Source: Phoronis australis (Eukaryota > Animalia > Phoronida). Taken from it: a stretch of 64,000 nucleotides of DNA. The notes under the pieces were generated by a model. That model saw nothing but the letters and a program-made list of their open reading frames with translations. It was not told where the DNA came from and made no database searches. The stretch spans positions 526,441-590,440 of the forward strand of contig NMRA01000113.1 in the NCBI GenBank assembly GCA_002633005.1. Reading direction: 5' to 3'. Both the position numbers and the translations under genes were made by a program. This document shows positions 1 through 31,561 of this stretch, piece by piece. The stretch's first letter is position 1. Every line of letters begins with the position of its first letter.

Positions 1-22
1 GCGAAGATATCCAGTGGAATTT
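1..22 (+). other. Probable 3' end of a non-coding 5'-UTR exon of LARS2
   Basis: Donor-like GTAAGA at 23; the next exon has an acceptor (ttcatag) ending at 931, 19 nt before the ATG at 951, so an upstream exon is required. Confidence 0.4.
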
Positions 23-950
23 GTAAGATTTGTGCCCTTTGCACTTTTCATCGTCAACATTCATGATTTCATGTAACTTCCTCTAAGTTGCGCTCGGTGA
101 GGGAAGCTCGAGTGAACAGTGACAGATATTCATGGATGTGTTCAAATTATGTCTACTAAATTGTCTCCAGAATCATCTTTTGCGTTTATTCAACTCAATA
201 TGTATATATGCATGTTTAATTTGATGTTATTCGCTCTGTTGTAAGATGAGTAAATTTTTTGGGGGGTATACTATCGGTGTACAAGGGGATGTAATTGCCG
301 CTACTTGCTTATGGCAACTGCGTATTAGCTGGTTAGCACACTAAGGTTTAATAAACACGAGTGATGGCAGACTACCGTTATGTTGATTGACATGTCGAGA
401 ATTTTCACTTGTTTAAAGCAATCCTTGAACTCCATTTGATTCGTGGTGTCATCTTGTGTTTTTAGGAATAGTGTCTGTCCATATTAAAGAAACATGATTT
501 TACCACAGAACAAACCTAAACAATGATTTTCAAAGATTTCACTGCACTAGTTTGGGGCTTTTAAGATTTTGACCAAAGGAAAAGCAGAATGGTGGGTAAA
601 CCTGAGTGTTCATGTTCAATATGAAAATGCTCAATGTGACTGTAGTTTGGAGACAAAACAATGGAAACTAGCTATGAAATATAAACTTAGAGTATACTGT
701 GGTGCCAGCTCTCGAATTTTGATATTCAGATTAGAACTGTATTGTAATGGTATTCTGTATTGGGTGTAATAAAGTCTCTGTTGAGTCTGTTCTCAAGTGC
801 TAATGTACATGAGAAACAATTGAACTAATGTGTTCTTTACAAAACGACAAAAGTATAATTATATTGATATGTCACCCACAGTTACTGACATTTGCTTTAA
901 CTCTTAAAAGACTCAATTATTATCTTCATAGCCTCTACTGACGCTACAAC

Positions 951-18441
<17,491 letters not shown>

Positions 18442-18614
18442 TTTTGAGTGTTTATGACAAACCAAGATCATGTTCAGGAAAAGTAACAGTGTGGACCTAA
18501 TAGTGGCGAAATTTCTGCCATTTGGTTATGACCGTTTTCAATGCGATCATGTAAGGACTGATGAAAGACCAACCTTGGGTTGCCCATGTTTCTGTGCAAA
18601 GCTCTGGTGGCATA

Positions 18615-18620
18615 AATAAA
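18615..18620 (+). promoter_or_regulatory. Polyadenylation signal of LARS2
   Basis: AATAAA ~175 nt after the stop codon, followed by T-rich sequence. Confidence 0.5.
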
Positions 18621-19394
18621 GACAATTTAGTCAATTTTGTAATTTAAAATAAAATGCAGGCTCTTAATTTTGCATATGTGGGGGCTGGTAAACTGTGGGT
18701 GCAAGAGAATGCATCGTTAACAGGTAATTGTGCCCCACATGGCAAGCCAAGGCATTCAAAATCATGCGTGTGTGCATTTGTGAGACTTTTCAAAAAAGCT
18801 CGACACCTTGGATAAAATTGATTCAGGTTGGTGCTATTCATGTGATATGGAGGACTCTAGAAAAATGCCCAAAATTAGCCAACTTCAGAACATTACGTCT
18901 CGGAAATGGATGTTCGGATTCATAGAAAGCTTTCAGATACTGTGCTACATTGTTTTTGGAATGTTCCATTTTTGCATGAGGGGCGAACAGAAAAAAGGAT
19001 CATCTGTGAATAACCACAACGACAGCCATAATCTCAAGAAGAACACACATGCTAAATTTTATAAAGATGCATCAAAGATCTTTCTTGATATCGAGGCAGA
19101 CGCAAAGAAAACTAAAATAGCATCTAAGGGCACAAGAGTAGTTAGGTCTGTTTGAAAATCAGCCTTGCTCTTTAAGCAGCTTCATGGGTGGGTAGGGAAG
19201 CAGACGACAACAGACATGTGAATAATAAAAGGGCCACTAGGAGGCGCAGTACAGGTCAAAGCTCTCGGAACCCCAGCGGGTGCTGCTATCTCCTCTGTCT
19301 ACTTTACACTAATTTATTTGCCAAATTCCATGACCATTCATCAACTTGGTGCATAGTGGTGAATTACTGTACTCGTTCTACCTGTTCTTAAAGA

Positions 19395-20484
19395 ATTTTG
19401 CTTCATTTGAAGATGACTTAATTAAGTTGAAGTTAACTCTGTGGTAATTCCTACTGGCGCAACGTATTTGGAAGTATGACATCTTTCTACAAGAAAATAA
19501 TTGTTGCGAGTAAAGAGGACTTTTTAAATCAACCTTTGTGGTTTAATAATAACTTGGCGATCGGAGGCACAAGTGTTTTTTATAAGACTTGGTTTATAAA
19601 AGGCTCAAGATTTATTAGAGATATGTATACCTCTGATAGTGATTTCGTTAGTTTGAACCATATGAAACATAGGTTCGTGATCTAACCTTTCAAAAGTCTA
19701 TTTCAAAGTAAATTTAAAAGTATTAATGTCTACTCTCCTTGCATGCCTTTCGCAATTACTTATAGAAAGATTTGAAGGGTTGTAGACATATTTGTTCAGT
19801 CTTTAATGACGTTAAGAAACCTTTTAAGTCAGAGTGTAAATGAGAAATAGAGTTTGGAGGTAGTTTAGATTGGAAGAAAATATACGCATTGCCTTATGAA
19901 ATTACAAAAGGATCAAAACATTAGATGATTCCAATTTAGAATACTACACAGGATTATTGCAACAAATACCTTTTTAGTCAAAATCCATGTTCAAGATCTA
20001 ATTTGTGTTCCTTTTGTAATAAAGCTCCGAGACGCTGTCACACCTTTTTTGGGAATGTCGCCTTGTATAAGATTTCTGGAAGGAATTTGGAAAGCTACTT
20101 CATAAGTGCCTCATTCAGCTTCCCAACTGTCTCTCTTACGAACGTGTTATTGGTGGACTTTGTGAGACGCACGATTTGCTTCTACAAGCCAAACAGTACA
20201 TTTACCAGGAGAGATGTCACAAAATACCTAATTTTCACAAGTTTGTTACATATACTTAAGAGTACTATAATGCTGAAAAATTAATTGCATTAAAAAACTT
20301 TGTATATGACAGCTTCTCTGCGAAATGGGAAAATTTTATTGTTCACGTTAACTCCATGTAGAAGTTGTTTACTTTACACCAGATACGAGAATGGTCTCTC
20401 CTGAGGTGTGCATGTGTGACTGAATGGTTGTACTTATTTGCTTTTTGTCCTTGTTTATAAATGGTAATAAATACCCGAAAAAAA
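19395..20484 (+). mobile_element. 5'-truncated degenerate Tx1/L1-clade LINE (ORF2 C-terminus with CCHC zinc knuckle, 3' UTR, polyA)
   Basis: Across frameshifts: QPLWFNNNLAIGGTSVFYKTWFIKG..FIRD, WKKIYALPY, FQFRILHRIIATNTFL, LCSFCNK..ETLSHLFWEC; ends aataaa..aaaaaaa at 20466-20484. Confidence 0.8.
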
Positions 20485-20519
20485 CGTGGTACATATTGAA
20501 GCATTCATAAAGAAAACTT

Positions 20520-21150
20520 ATTTTATTTCTTTTTCAAGAATTTATTAACAAGAATAGCAAATACAATAACAAAGTAATGATACAAAAAGTTGAATATTCC
20601 CTCCTCATATTCATACAAGTTTCTCTTTATCATTGATAATACATGTTCAAGACATGAGAGATTGATGTGAAACAAGACAAGTTTGTAGCTGAAAACATCG
20701 TCAAAACCAAAAAAGTATATTGATGTTCTTTAGCACTGTACTACAATATTCAAAGAAATACTGTGAAGCCTTACAGAATTCCATAAACCTTTGGTGAAAC
20801 GATAAGTTAACGTTGTCGTTTCTCGATGCAATTCACAAAATGTATAATTAGTGGGTTCTACGATTCCAGCTTTATACACTTAAGAATCTGTACTGGATTC
20901 ATGGGAGTTGGATGTCTATATAGATATTTATCATATTTAAATAAATATCTTAACAAATTAATTTTTTGTTTTACAAATGGATTGTAGTCATATCTGAACC
21001 CTTAATTCTTGTCTCTTGTCAATATTTGCCAACCCTTTCGAATTCCACAGAATGTTATCATACAAATCAAGTTAAATTTTTAATGAAAATTCATCCAAAA
21101 CCTACCAAGTTTAGCAAAAACATATCTTACACCCTTATCATCCCACGTTA
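20520..21150 (-). mobile_element. Highly degenerate Tx1/L1-like LINE 3' end, tail-to-tail with the previous one
   Basis: Minus strand reads YKAGIVEPTNYTFCELHRET (resembles the LINE C-terminal Cys motif), then aataaa and an A-rich tail near 20520-20550. Confidence 0.4.
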
Positions 21151-22499
21151 ATTCCTTGATTACTGGAGCGAATTAGTAACAAACACAAGATATAGCCTGA
21201 CGACATGAATATGAAGTATGTTGAAAATTGCCAAATGTTTTTAAGAACGAGTTTTGTGACTAAAATGATCCAACGTAAATCACTAAAGTAAGTATCGTGA
21301 CATGGTGCTAGGGAACAACACTACATGATGCAGGCTGTGTGCCTGTCAGGTACGTCATTAGTGCAAAGGTCCCCTATTTGTAGCATTCTTTGTTTTCACA
21401 TTTACAAGTTTTCAATAAATACCACTGCACTTTGTTTAGTGTAAAATATGTCAAAATAGTATTGTGGTTTAGTTCCTGCTATACATTAGCATAGTAAGGA
21501 GCATGCAAATACATGTAGTTTCCACCGACATTAATTAATATATAACATAAAAGGCTGATAAACACATGAATTCATTTTTTTAACTGGGCTGAGTCTACCT
21601 GACATTAGCTCCTGCAATGCTTGGAAAGTTTCATGCTTACAAAATTTGTTGTTATTTTGGAACAGAACATGTAACAATAACTATCTCCAAAACAACACAA
21701 ATGAAAATGTCCCTCTAGAAAAACTTCTCCGAGACTTACAAGCCATGTAAATATATTCAATACAGTATAATCCAACCAATTTTTGTCAAAACATGACTGA
21801 CAGATGAATGTTTAGTAGAGCTCTAAAACAGGTGTGTTGTTCTCAGCACTTTGGCTGCAGAAACAGTAGCAGAGGTGATGCAACATATTGACGACTAATC
21901 ACAGCCATGTCCATGGTGGACCGTAAGCATACCGAAAGGTAAACCCAGAATCATTACTTTGCCCACGAAACTGATTTCCCTGAGCATAGGAATTCTGACA
22001 GTGTTACTGATTATATAATCCATGCTTAGAGCATTGTCGCTGTCTTGAAACATGTGGGTGAGAGTATAAGTGGTTTGTTGGTGTCCATGGTTCTGAAGGG
22101 ACTGCCATCTGAGGTTAAGCCATTCACTATTATAATCACACAGAAAAAAAAGTCTCAACTTTTGCCGAGTTCAAAGTTGCATTGCGAAATTTTGAAGATA
22201 ACGAGACAGTGCACGATTAAAGCAATTCGATTCTGAAAGTCAGTGGTGCTAATAGTGGTATATAGGGCAATGGTGGTACAAAGTTCTCTGGTTAAACTCG
22301 TGTGGATAATGTGAGGTTGTAAATCTCAAGCTGCGAACATGGTGCAAACACGACATTAGACATCTAATCACGATACCAAGTTTTGTCGCAAAATATGATG
22401 GCAAGATTGGCTGACCAATACAGGTCATATGTGTTGTATATGGATATTTAAGTCCAGCACTGTGGAACCTCATGCAGTATAAGTAATATCAATGCACAC

Positions 22500-22770
22500 C
22501 AGCAGAGAAGGAGAACGCATACACTGAACTGGTGTTTGGACAACCGTATCCTTTCTTTGATAATGCCCAATGCCAGGATGAGGGCAACAAGGTGTTAAAA
22601 ATCCTGAGCAATTATTATGGTTGTAGTGATACACCAAAAGTAATTTTGTTGTATTCGCAGTTGTGTTCCATGGAATAGGGAAAAAATGAAACCATTATGC
22701 ACTACCTAATATGGGCGGAGAAATGCGACTGAAACGGTGATTGAGTAAATGCCTTCTGATTTCAATGATT
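22500..22770 (+). mobile_element. Ty1/Copia gag remnant
   Basis: EKENAYTELV...DEGNKVLKILSNYYGCSDTPKVILLYSQLCSME*GKNETIMHYLIWAE resembles the invertebrate Copia gag motif DGRKALKILREHY..K.KPRVISLYTEL..L.K...E.V.DY..RAE. Confidence 0.6.
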
Positions 22771-23199
22771 GTTGGATGAATATAATGCTTTTTCTGTCGA
22801 TGGTGTTAGATCAGCCGTTTCCTTACACATGCCCACTTGTCCTTTAGTAGCCATCTTAGTTGAAAAATGTTGATTTGAATCACTCCCTGAAAAGCCCCGT
22901 TTTACTCAGCAACACGGTTATGTACAGCCGATTGTTAAATGGTGCTGGCAGTAAAAATGACTCAGGACCATGATTGGGATTCAATCTGTGAGTGAGCTTG
23001 CACTGAAACTTACTCAAACACGCGATTCCGGCTACCTATTTCATGCTCAGTCACTCTGACTGCGCTAAGTTGTCCCTCGCCAATAGAGCTTGCTACCGTG
23101 CACTATTGTTTTACTCTGTGCTCTCGTGGTTGAAAATCATGTCGGGCTCTGAAGAAAGTGCTCACTGAATCAAACGAGCAATAAATATTAATTAAGCCC

Positions 23200-23570
23200 C
23201 CAAGCCCTGTTAAGCTCGCCACTGACCCTGAAGGAAAGTGGAAACTGTGGAAACAAATATACACAAACTACAGCATAGTAACTGAACTTGACTCTCATAA
23301 GGAGGCGTAAAAAACATATGTTTTTAATGTCGGTGATGGGCACTGAAGCACTCAAACTGTGCAACACCTGTGACCCCTACAACACGAACACCCCTACGGA
23401 CATTTTAAGAAAGCATGATGACCACATTCTCAGACAGACTAATGATACTTTTGAACGGTATTGTTTTAATGCACGAAGTCAACAATCTGGAGAATTGATC
23501 GACACTTACCACTTACCTCGCTGAACTGAAAAAACTTGCAATTTCTGTGAATGTCTACAGAATGCTCTCT
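23200..23570 (+). mobile_element. Ty3/Gypsy gag remnant
   Basis: KWKLWKQIYTNYSIV...FLMSVMGTEALKLCNT...TNDTFERYCFNARSQQSGELIDTY. Confidence 0.75.
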
Positions 23571-24380
23571 TGATAAAAAAACATTTTATTTTGTTTTTTT
23601 GCCACATTAACAAAATATGCATGTCACGGTTGCATTAAATCGCGTCGTTTGAAATATACCATTAATTGTGTGAGACTATAAAAGCACAAATTGTGCAATA
23701 AATAAGTAGTACATATCAAGAATTTAGAGATGATGTCTTTAAAAAAAGCGAGCGTCACGTTCTTGGCTTTGAGTGAGACTGAATACAGGTCCAAAGAAGA
23801 AAGGCAATGGCACAGTGTAGATGTGATAACGAAAGAGGATCAACAAGGAGTGTTGATGGGAATAACAAATCTTGGAGTGAAGAAAAACAAGTTTTTTTGG
23901 TAACAAATATAAATGTAAAAGAGACGGCATTCTTCACAGACTCAACGTCTGAGGTAAGTGTCTTCAAACTTCTGAAGTGTAAATTATTAATTTTTTTAAA
24001 GTTCGAAATTTTATAATTGCATTTTGTTGTAATTTTGTAAAAATAATTTTAAAACACAAAGACTACAAGTTCATTAGCCGCTTTTCTCCGTGTTTGAATT
24101 GATCGTGATTTTTATTAATTACTCCAGATATTCGACGCCAAGCCGTTTCCTGTTCCTGAACATATCTTCGATGAATATAACAACCCGTCGAACGTGGAAA
24201 TCTGAGACATCCGATCTTTACCCATAAAAAGACACCTGTCGGTGCAAGAATGCGTTAGTGCTGTAAGTCCGTTTGTACACGTAACGGTTACTCGTACAAT
24301 AGTGATGATTGGCAAACCGACTAAAACATTACAGATTTGCATACGTTTATTATGCAAGTCTACCTTGGATTGTTGATTAC

Positions 24381-27300
24381 GTCAGTTTCGTTTACACAAC
24401 TGTGACAAATTAATATTTTACTGAAATCTTTTTAAATGCATTTCCAATATGCTAAATTGTACCATGACACTTGTTGTTGCATTGGCTAAACGAAGAACTT
24501 AGGAACAGGTTTCTGGGTTACGCCGTTACGGAGATTGTAGAATTCCCAGCCGACATACAATGGCACAAGCATTTCTGCGTTTTTTCTACAATGTTTTAGT
24601 ACTCAAATATTGCAACAATTCCAACATGCCGCATATGAGCTCTACAACTATTTGCACTGATTTGGATCCCTCTGTCAAACATGCACATTCGCTTGTACCA
24701 ACGTTTTTTACAAGATGTTTCTACTCATCAGTCCCGAATATAGGCGCGTGCGCCAAAGCTACGAAATTAGACGTATCGTAAAACTTCTAATAAACGTCGA
24801 GGCGTTTATTTTTTCACACGTGCTCCAGACCTGTCGGTTATTAGGGGGGAGGTGTTTATTGGGGAAAGTGTTTATTTTTCAGGCCTACGGAAGTCCAACA
24901 CATGAAACAGGTATCCTACAATCCCGAACAAAACATTCGTCCTTATAAATCGTGTTATTACGTGATTTTCAAGCATGGTTTTACGTCATTAGTATCCTGA
25001 AATGTCATACACATATTTTCCACATACGTTTTGGTATTCAGAGGGGCTATTTATTAGAAAGGAGTGTTTATCACGGATCTGTGCATCTAGTCCCCCGGCG
25101 TTTGTTAGAGGGTGACGTTTGTAAGAAGTTTCACGGAAACGCCACAATTGGCCGTGTGTTCACCGGCTTATTTTCTACAGATTGACGACACTCTACAGAC
25201 TAAAGGGAGAAAAAGAAAAGAAGGCTGACATTAACCAATCCGGAGGACCAACAAACGGTGGTCTTAGTCCTGTGGGGCGACAAGACACAACTTGCAAACG
25301 AGCTTAAGTTGCACAACAAGGTGTCGTTCAGTTGTGTCGACGTCACAACATTCAACATGGAAAAACAATTGCAATCCACCGAAGATACAAAAGTCACGGT
25401 ACAAAACTAATTGTTCGATAAATTGAAAAATAAAAATGCACTATCAGAACTTGCAGTTCAACTAGACCGTATGTAATACTGTTTTAATTGTCTGTACCTA
25501 TGACATTTCTTGTGCATTCCTTACCCAGATTCTGGTTCTCAGGTTCATGCGTTTGTTACAATCATTAGATTTCGACGTTAAGATATATTCCTTAATGAAC
25601 ATCATTCTTGTAACAGTTGTACGCGTGATAAATCGAATAAACCTTGCACGAATTGTTTTGTATGTCGGATTCATGTATACCGAACCTTTTGAATTATGAT
25701 TGTAGGTTGGTAACTCAGAAGTAAAACAAAAAATAACAATCAGTGGCACTGGGCGAGGAGGGTCACGGTAATTATTGTCCATTTTAACGTTTTCTTTTTT
25801 AAAATGATGTCACTAAGTTTAACTTATTCATGCCTTATAAAAACATTGAATTTATTCGAATATTGATGACTTAGTAATAATGTGTTGACAATCGTGTATA
25901 ATTGCTGTTTTAAATATCCTATCTTACTTCTTCAACTTCTTCTGAGAATGTAAAAAATAACGAAATTAATTAGTTTAAATACTAGCATGAAGTTGACTGT
26001 TATTCAAGATAACTGTTGGAAAATCATTAAATCATTTATTGTTACTGCATGACGGATGGTTTTTAAGAAAATAATCAATGCTACAGGTTGGTCAGGGAAA
26101 GGTAGTTGTATAACATATCAATAACGTCACAAATTTCCTGTGTTGCACTTTACTGATTAGAAATAATTCAGTTACCAGGTAAAACAGCTAACTGTCTTCT
26201 GTTTTTATTACAGCAAAGTCCTAACAACAGACCATCGCTGTTTTTTGTGACACTGCCATAGATATGGATGTGTTGAAAAACAAAATCGGGCAACAGATAG
26301 AGTGCATAACTATTCGGGACCGGCTAATGCGGTACAATGAAGTACAAGAGTAGTATAAGTTTTAGTATAAGCTAGAATATAAGTAGTCTATTGTAAAGTA
26401 TTAATTGAGATTCAATAATTAGATATATCAAAATGTACTCACTGTGAAGTTTTGTTTTATAACACACATAGTACTATTATAACACAACTTCAATGACGTA
26501 GTCGTTTCTTGTCATTGCATGTCAAAGAAACATTCCGAAGTTAAAAAAAATCTAATCATGCCAAATGATATGCAGAAATCAATCTTGTACTCAAAAACTT
26601 GCTCTAAATGGTTTTGACATTACACGATAGATCGCGGTGTCATCCACAATACTTATTTTTATTCCGATCATCTCTTCCCTCGTAAGGGCTCATAATGCAC
26701 CAGCAAGGGTCAACTAGTGCAAAGGTCATGAAAATTATCAGCGTGTAATTTCTTTTGCAGTTTTAAAGAATTTTATTTCATATTGGAAACCCGGTTGTTG
26801 TCAATAACTTTAAATAACAATTCCAGNGTCAGTTTCGTTTACACAACTGTGACAAATTAATATTTTACTGAAATCTTTTTAAATGCATTTCCAATATTCT
26901 AAATTGTACCATGACACTTGTTGTTGCATTGGCTAAACGAAGAACTTAGGAACAGGTTTCTGGGTTACGCCGTTACGGAGATAGTAGAATTCCCAGCCGA
27001 CATACAATGGCACAAGCATTTCTGCGTTTTTTCTACAATGTTTTAGTACTCAAATATTGCAAAAATTGCAACATGCCGCATATGAGCTCTGCAACTATTT
27101 GCACTGATTTGGATCTCTTTGTCGTACATGCGCATTCGCTTGAACCAACATTTTTTACAAGATGTTTCTACTCATCAGTCCCGAATATAGGCGCGTGCGC
27201 CAAAGCTACGAAATTAGACGTATCGTAAAACTTCTAATAAACGTCGAGGCGTTTATTTTTCAGGCCTACGGAAGTCCAACACATGCCACAGGTATCCTAC

Positions 27301-29160
27301 AATCCCGAACAAAACATTCGTCCTTATAAATCGTGTTATTATGTGATTTTCAAGCATGGTTTTACGTCATTAGTATCCTGAAATGTCATACACATATTTT
27401 GCGCATACGTTTTGGTATTCAGAGGGGCTATTTATTAGAAAGCAGTGTTTATCACGGATCTGTGCATCTAGTGCCCCGGCGTTTGTTAGAGGGTGACGTT
27501 TGTTAGAAGTTTCACGGAAACGCCACAATTGGCCGTGTGTTCACCGGCTTATTTTCTACAGATTGACGACACTCTACAGACTAAAGGGAGAAAAAGAAAA
27601 GAAGGCTGACATTGACCAATCCGGAGGACCAACAAACGGTGGTCTTAGTCCTGTGGGGCGACAAGACACAACTTGCAAACGAGCTTAAGTTGCACGACAA
27701 GGTGTCGGTCAGTTGAGTCGACGTCACAAAATTCAACATGGAAAAACAATTGCAATCCACCGAAGATACAAAAGTCACGGTACAAAACTAACTGTTCGAT
27801 AAATTGAAAAATAAAAATGCACTATCAGAACTTGCAGTTCAACTAGACCGTATGTAATACTGTTTTAATTGTCTGTACCTATGACATTTCTTGTGCATTC
27901 CTTACCCAGATTCTGGTTCTCAGGTTCATGCATTTGTTACAATCATTAGATTTCGACGTTAAGATATATTCCTTAATGAACAGCATTCTTGCAACAGTTG
28001 TACGCGTGATAAATCGATTGTTTTGTATGTCGGATTCATGTATACCGAACCTTTTGAATTATGATTGTAGGTTGGTAACTCAGAAGTAAAACAAAAAATA
28101 ACAATGGGCGAGGAGGGTCACGGTAATTATTGTCCATCTTAACGTTTTCTTTTTTAAAATGATGTCACTAAGTTTAACTTATTCATGCCTTATAAAAACA
28201 TTGAATTTATTCGAATATTGATGACTTAGTAATAATGTGTTGACAATCGTGTATAATTGCTTTTCTAAATATCCTATCTTACTTCTTCAACTTCTTCTGA
28301 GAATGTAAAAAATAACGAAATTAATTAGTTTAAATACTCGCATGAAGTTGACTGTTATTCAAGATAACTGTTAGAAAATCATTAAATCATTTATTGCTAC
28401 TGCATGACCGATGGTTTTTAAGAAAATAATCAATGCTTCAGGTTGGTGAGGGAAAGGTAGTTGTATAACATATCAATAACGTCACAAATTTCCTGTGTCG
28501 CACTTTACTGAAATAATTCAGTTACCAGCTGTCTTCTGTTTTTATTACAGCAAAGTCCTAACAACATACCATCGCTGTTTTTTGTGACACTGCCATAGTG
28601 GATGTGTTGAAAGACAAAATCGGGCAACAGATAGAGTGCGTAACTATTCGGCACCGGCTAATGCAGTACAATGAAGTACAAGAGTAGTATAAGTTTTAGT
28701 ATAAGCTAGAATATAAGTCGTCTATTGTAAAGTATTAATTGAGATTCAATAATTAGATATATCAAAATGTACTCACTGTGAAGTTTTGTTTTATAACACA
28801 CCTAGTACTATTATAACACAACTTCAATGACGTAGTCGTTACTTGTCATTGCATATCAAAGAAACACTCCGAAGTTCAAAAAAATCTAATCACGCCAAAT
28901 GATATGCAGAAATCAATCTTGTACTCAAAAACTTGCTCTAAATGGTTTTGACATTACACGATAGATCGCGGTGTCATCCACAATACTTATTCTTATTCCG
29001 ACCATCTCTTCCCTCGTAAGGGCTCATAATGCACCAGCAAGGGTCAACTAGTGCAAAGGTCATGAAAATTATCAGCGTGTAATTTCTTTTGCAGTTTTAA
29101 AGAATTTTATTTCATATTGGAAACCCGGTTGTTGTCAATAACTTTAAATAACAATTCCAG
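24381..29160. repeat. ~2.4-kb direct duplication joined at a single N (copy 1 24381-26826, copy 2 26828-29160); probably an uncollapsed haplotype
   Basis: Both copies start gtcagtttcgtttacacaac and end aataacaattccag; they differ by scattered SNPs and small indels; the junction is exactly the N at 26827. Confidence 0.9.
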
Positions 29161-30413
29161 CAAAACACAAGCGCAGAGTTCATTATTGTCACACGGTGTC
29201 ACCGTGTGACAATAATCCTTCTAGTTCTTCTTATTCCTATTCTTCTTCCGACCAACTTTGAGGCTTAATAACTCCAAATTGGGTGCAGGTACGGTCTTTA
29301 AATTCAGCATATGATTTTTGACAGTATATAAATTTTGATTCGTTATATAATCATATTACATATTGCACCGGAAGAGGTCGTTTGGTGCAAAGGTCATCTA
29401 ATTTTCAAAATGCTACTCCTTCTTTATTTTATAAGCTATTCTTTTTGAATTTGGTACACAGGTATGAGTCAATAAGGCAATTTAAAAATTACTTTTTTAA
29501 GTAATTGGGTCATCCAATCAGGTTAAACAGGTCAAAGGTCATTAGGTGCAAACTAAGATTTTGAGCTAGACACTTCAAATTCACAAGTCTAATTGGCACA
29601 GGTAATTCAATTTGGAATATAAAGTTTCAGGTCATTTAGTGCAAACATGAATCAGGTGCATTTTTATTCTGAAAATTTGACCTTTTCATTCACCAAGTAT
29701 TCTGATGTGTCAAGCGTTAGACAACTGTGATTCTCAACATTTAACACATTTTTCATGGGCTTTGCAATAATACCCCTAAAGACGCTTATAATGCACTGGA
29801 TAGGGTCAATTAGTGCAAAGGTCTTCTAACGTTCAAAACATTATATTTTACGTTTTTCAAAGAATTCTTTTCAATTTCAGCACACTGGTTTAAGTCAACA
29901 TGCCAATTGGATATCCTACTTTACTTTGCAATAGGCCTAACCAATCAGAAAAAATAGGTCAAAGGTCATTGAGTGCAAACTAAAATTTCGAGCCAGAGAC
30001 TTCAGAATTACACATCTGTCTACTAAGTGCGATTTAATTGAGTTTGAATTCTAAATTTTCAGGTCATTTGGTTCACCCATGGAGTCATTAGGTGCATTTT
30101 TCTTCTGAAAGTTTGACCACTTCATTCATCTTGTATTCTGAAGTGCTTAAAGTAAAACATCTGTGATTATTAGCAAGAACCACACATTTAATCGAGTTAA
30201 CAATTACTCCCTCATCGGGGCTCACAATGCACCGGAAGAGGTCAATTAGTGGAAAGGTCATCAAAAAATCAATATCTAATTTCTCCTACAATTTTAAAGA
30301 AATCCTTTTCATATTGGTAAACGGGTTGCTGTCAGTAACTTCCCGTAATAATTCCAGAAATACGCACGCGCAGAGTACGTTATTGTTACGCCGTGACAAT
30401 AATCTTTCTAGTT
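29005..30413 (+). mobile_element. Non-autonomous Helitron/Helentron-like (HINE-type) element(s) with ~430-bp internal repeats and two hairpin+CTAG ends
   Basis: Perfect 17-bp-arm hairpin 29182-29216 followed by ccttCTAGtt; homologous imperfect hairpin and tttCTAGtt at ~30380-30413; TTC/TTA-rich tract after 29225; internal units starting atgcac..ggtc..gtgcaaaggtc at ~29030, ~29365, ~29791 and ~30228. Confidence 0.65.
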
Positions 30414-30819
30414 CTAAAATGAAGTTGTTTGATTGACCTCACGCACGACCAAGCAGCCTCCCTTATTGTCTTTGGATATAGTGTGTTACTGACTTCCTGT
30501 GTCGCACGCGCTGTCACACCATGGTGTATTACAGAGGTACTATCCGATATTTCTTGGATGAAAAATTTAAGGTGGCGCTATCCCAAATTTTTGAGTTTAG
30601 AAAAAGTGGCCATAGTGAGTTCATAGTTCCTCGTGATAACGTGTAACATGCAAAACCTGCTTTTCTGAAGCCCAAAAAGTACCTCCTAATTTAAAAAGGG
30701 GCATATGCCGCAAATACGTAACTTAATTTAGCATGGAATGTGGGTTGAATGGAACTTTAAATGAAAATATCTCGAATGACATTGCATTTTCAATTTCAAT
30801 TGTGACATGATTTTTTCAG

Positions 30820-31218
30820 ATTTACAGATATAGTCAGTGGCAAAATGGCCAGGCTCCACACACGATTCGTTCATGTGGGCAAATTGTGGCCTCGAGGAAA
30901 AATTCTCAAGAGACTTAATCAGAGATGCGTGGTTACTCGGAGACTGGATACCCCATGAAGCCCTACCTAATGACGCCTTTAGGTATGACTAATATCATAT
31001 TTCAAACCAGACCATTGTTAATTTATGTAGTAAACAATTTTGTATTCCAACATGCTAGCTGATCGAGAGCAAGTCGTTAAACAATATATCGTGTAACATT
31101 AATTTCTTCCACTCCCAGGGGACCCACAGACAAGAAATGAAATTAATTACAACAACAGCCATACAAAGGCAAGGCAAGTTGTGGAGCGGGCACTAGGTGT
31201 TGCAAAAAAGCGATTCAG
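30820..31218 (+). mobile_element. PIF/Harbinger (HARBI1-like, DDE_Tnp_4) transposase remnant with an intron
   Basis: AKWPGSTHDSF, WLLGD(S)GYPMKPYLMTPL, intron, then NYNNSHTKARQVVERALGVAKKRF; frameshifted. Confidence 0.85.
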
Positions 31219-31561
31219 GTATGTTAATTTTTTCACACCATATCCACATAGAAAGGGCAGAATCAAGTGTCATGAAACACTTTCAATAGTTCTAATTGAC
31301 TTACTAAATATTAGATGAAAAACGAACATATACAAAGTTCAACATTCAATATGAAAATTCAAGAATGAACTGTTTTCTGTTGAAGGCTAAACAAGCATAT
31401 TGGTGTCAGTCATATTGACATTACCAGACATATTACATTTGATTTAAAAGCACACTTTGAAGTAACAGACTTAAAAATGTTTGCAATATTAATTAAATTA
31501 AACTCTGGCAACATTCAGGAGTTCGGTGTAAACACAGAATAAACACAGGGTGATAATATAT

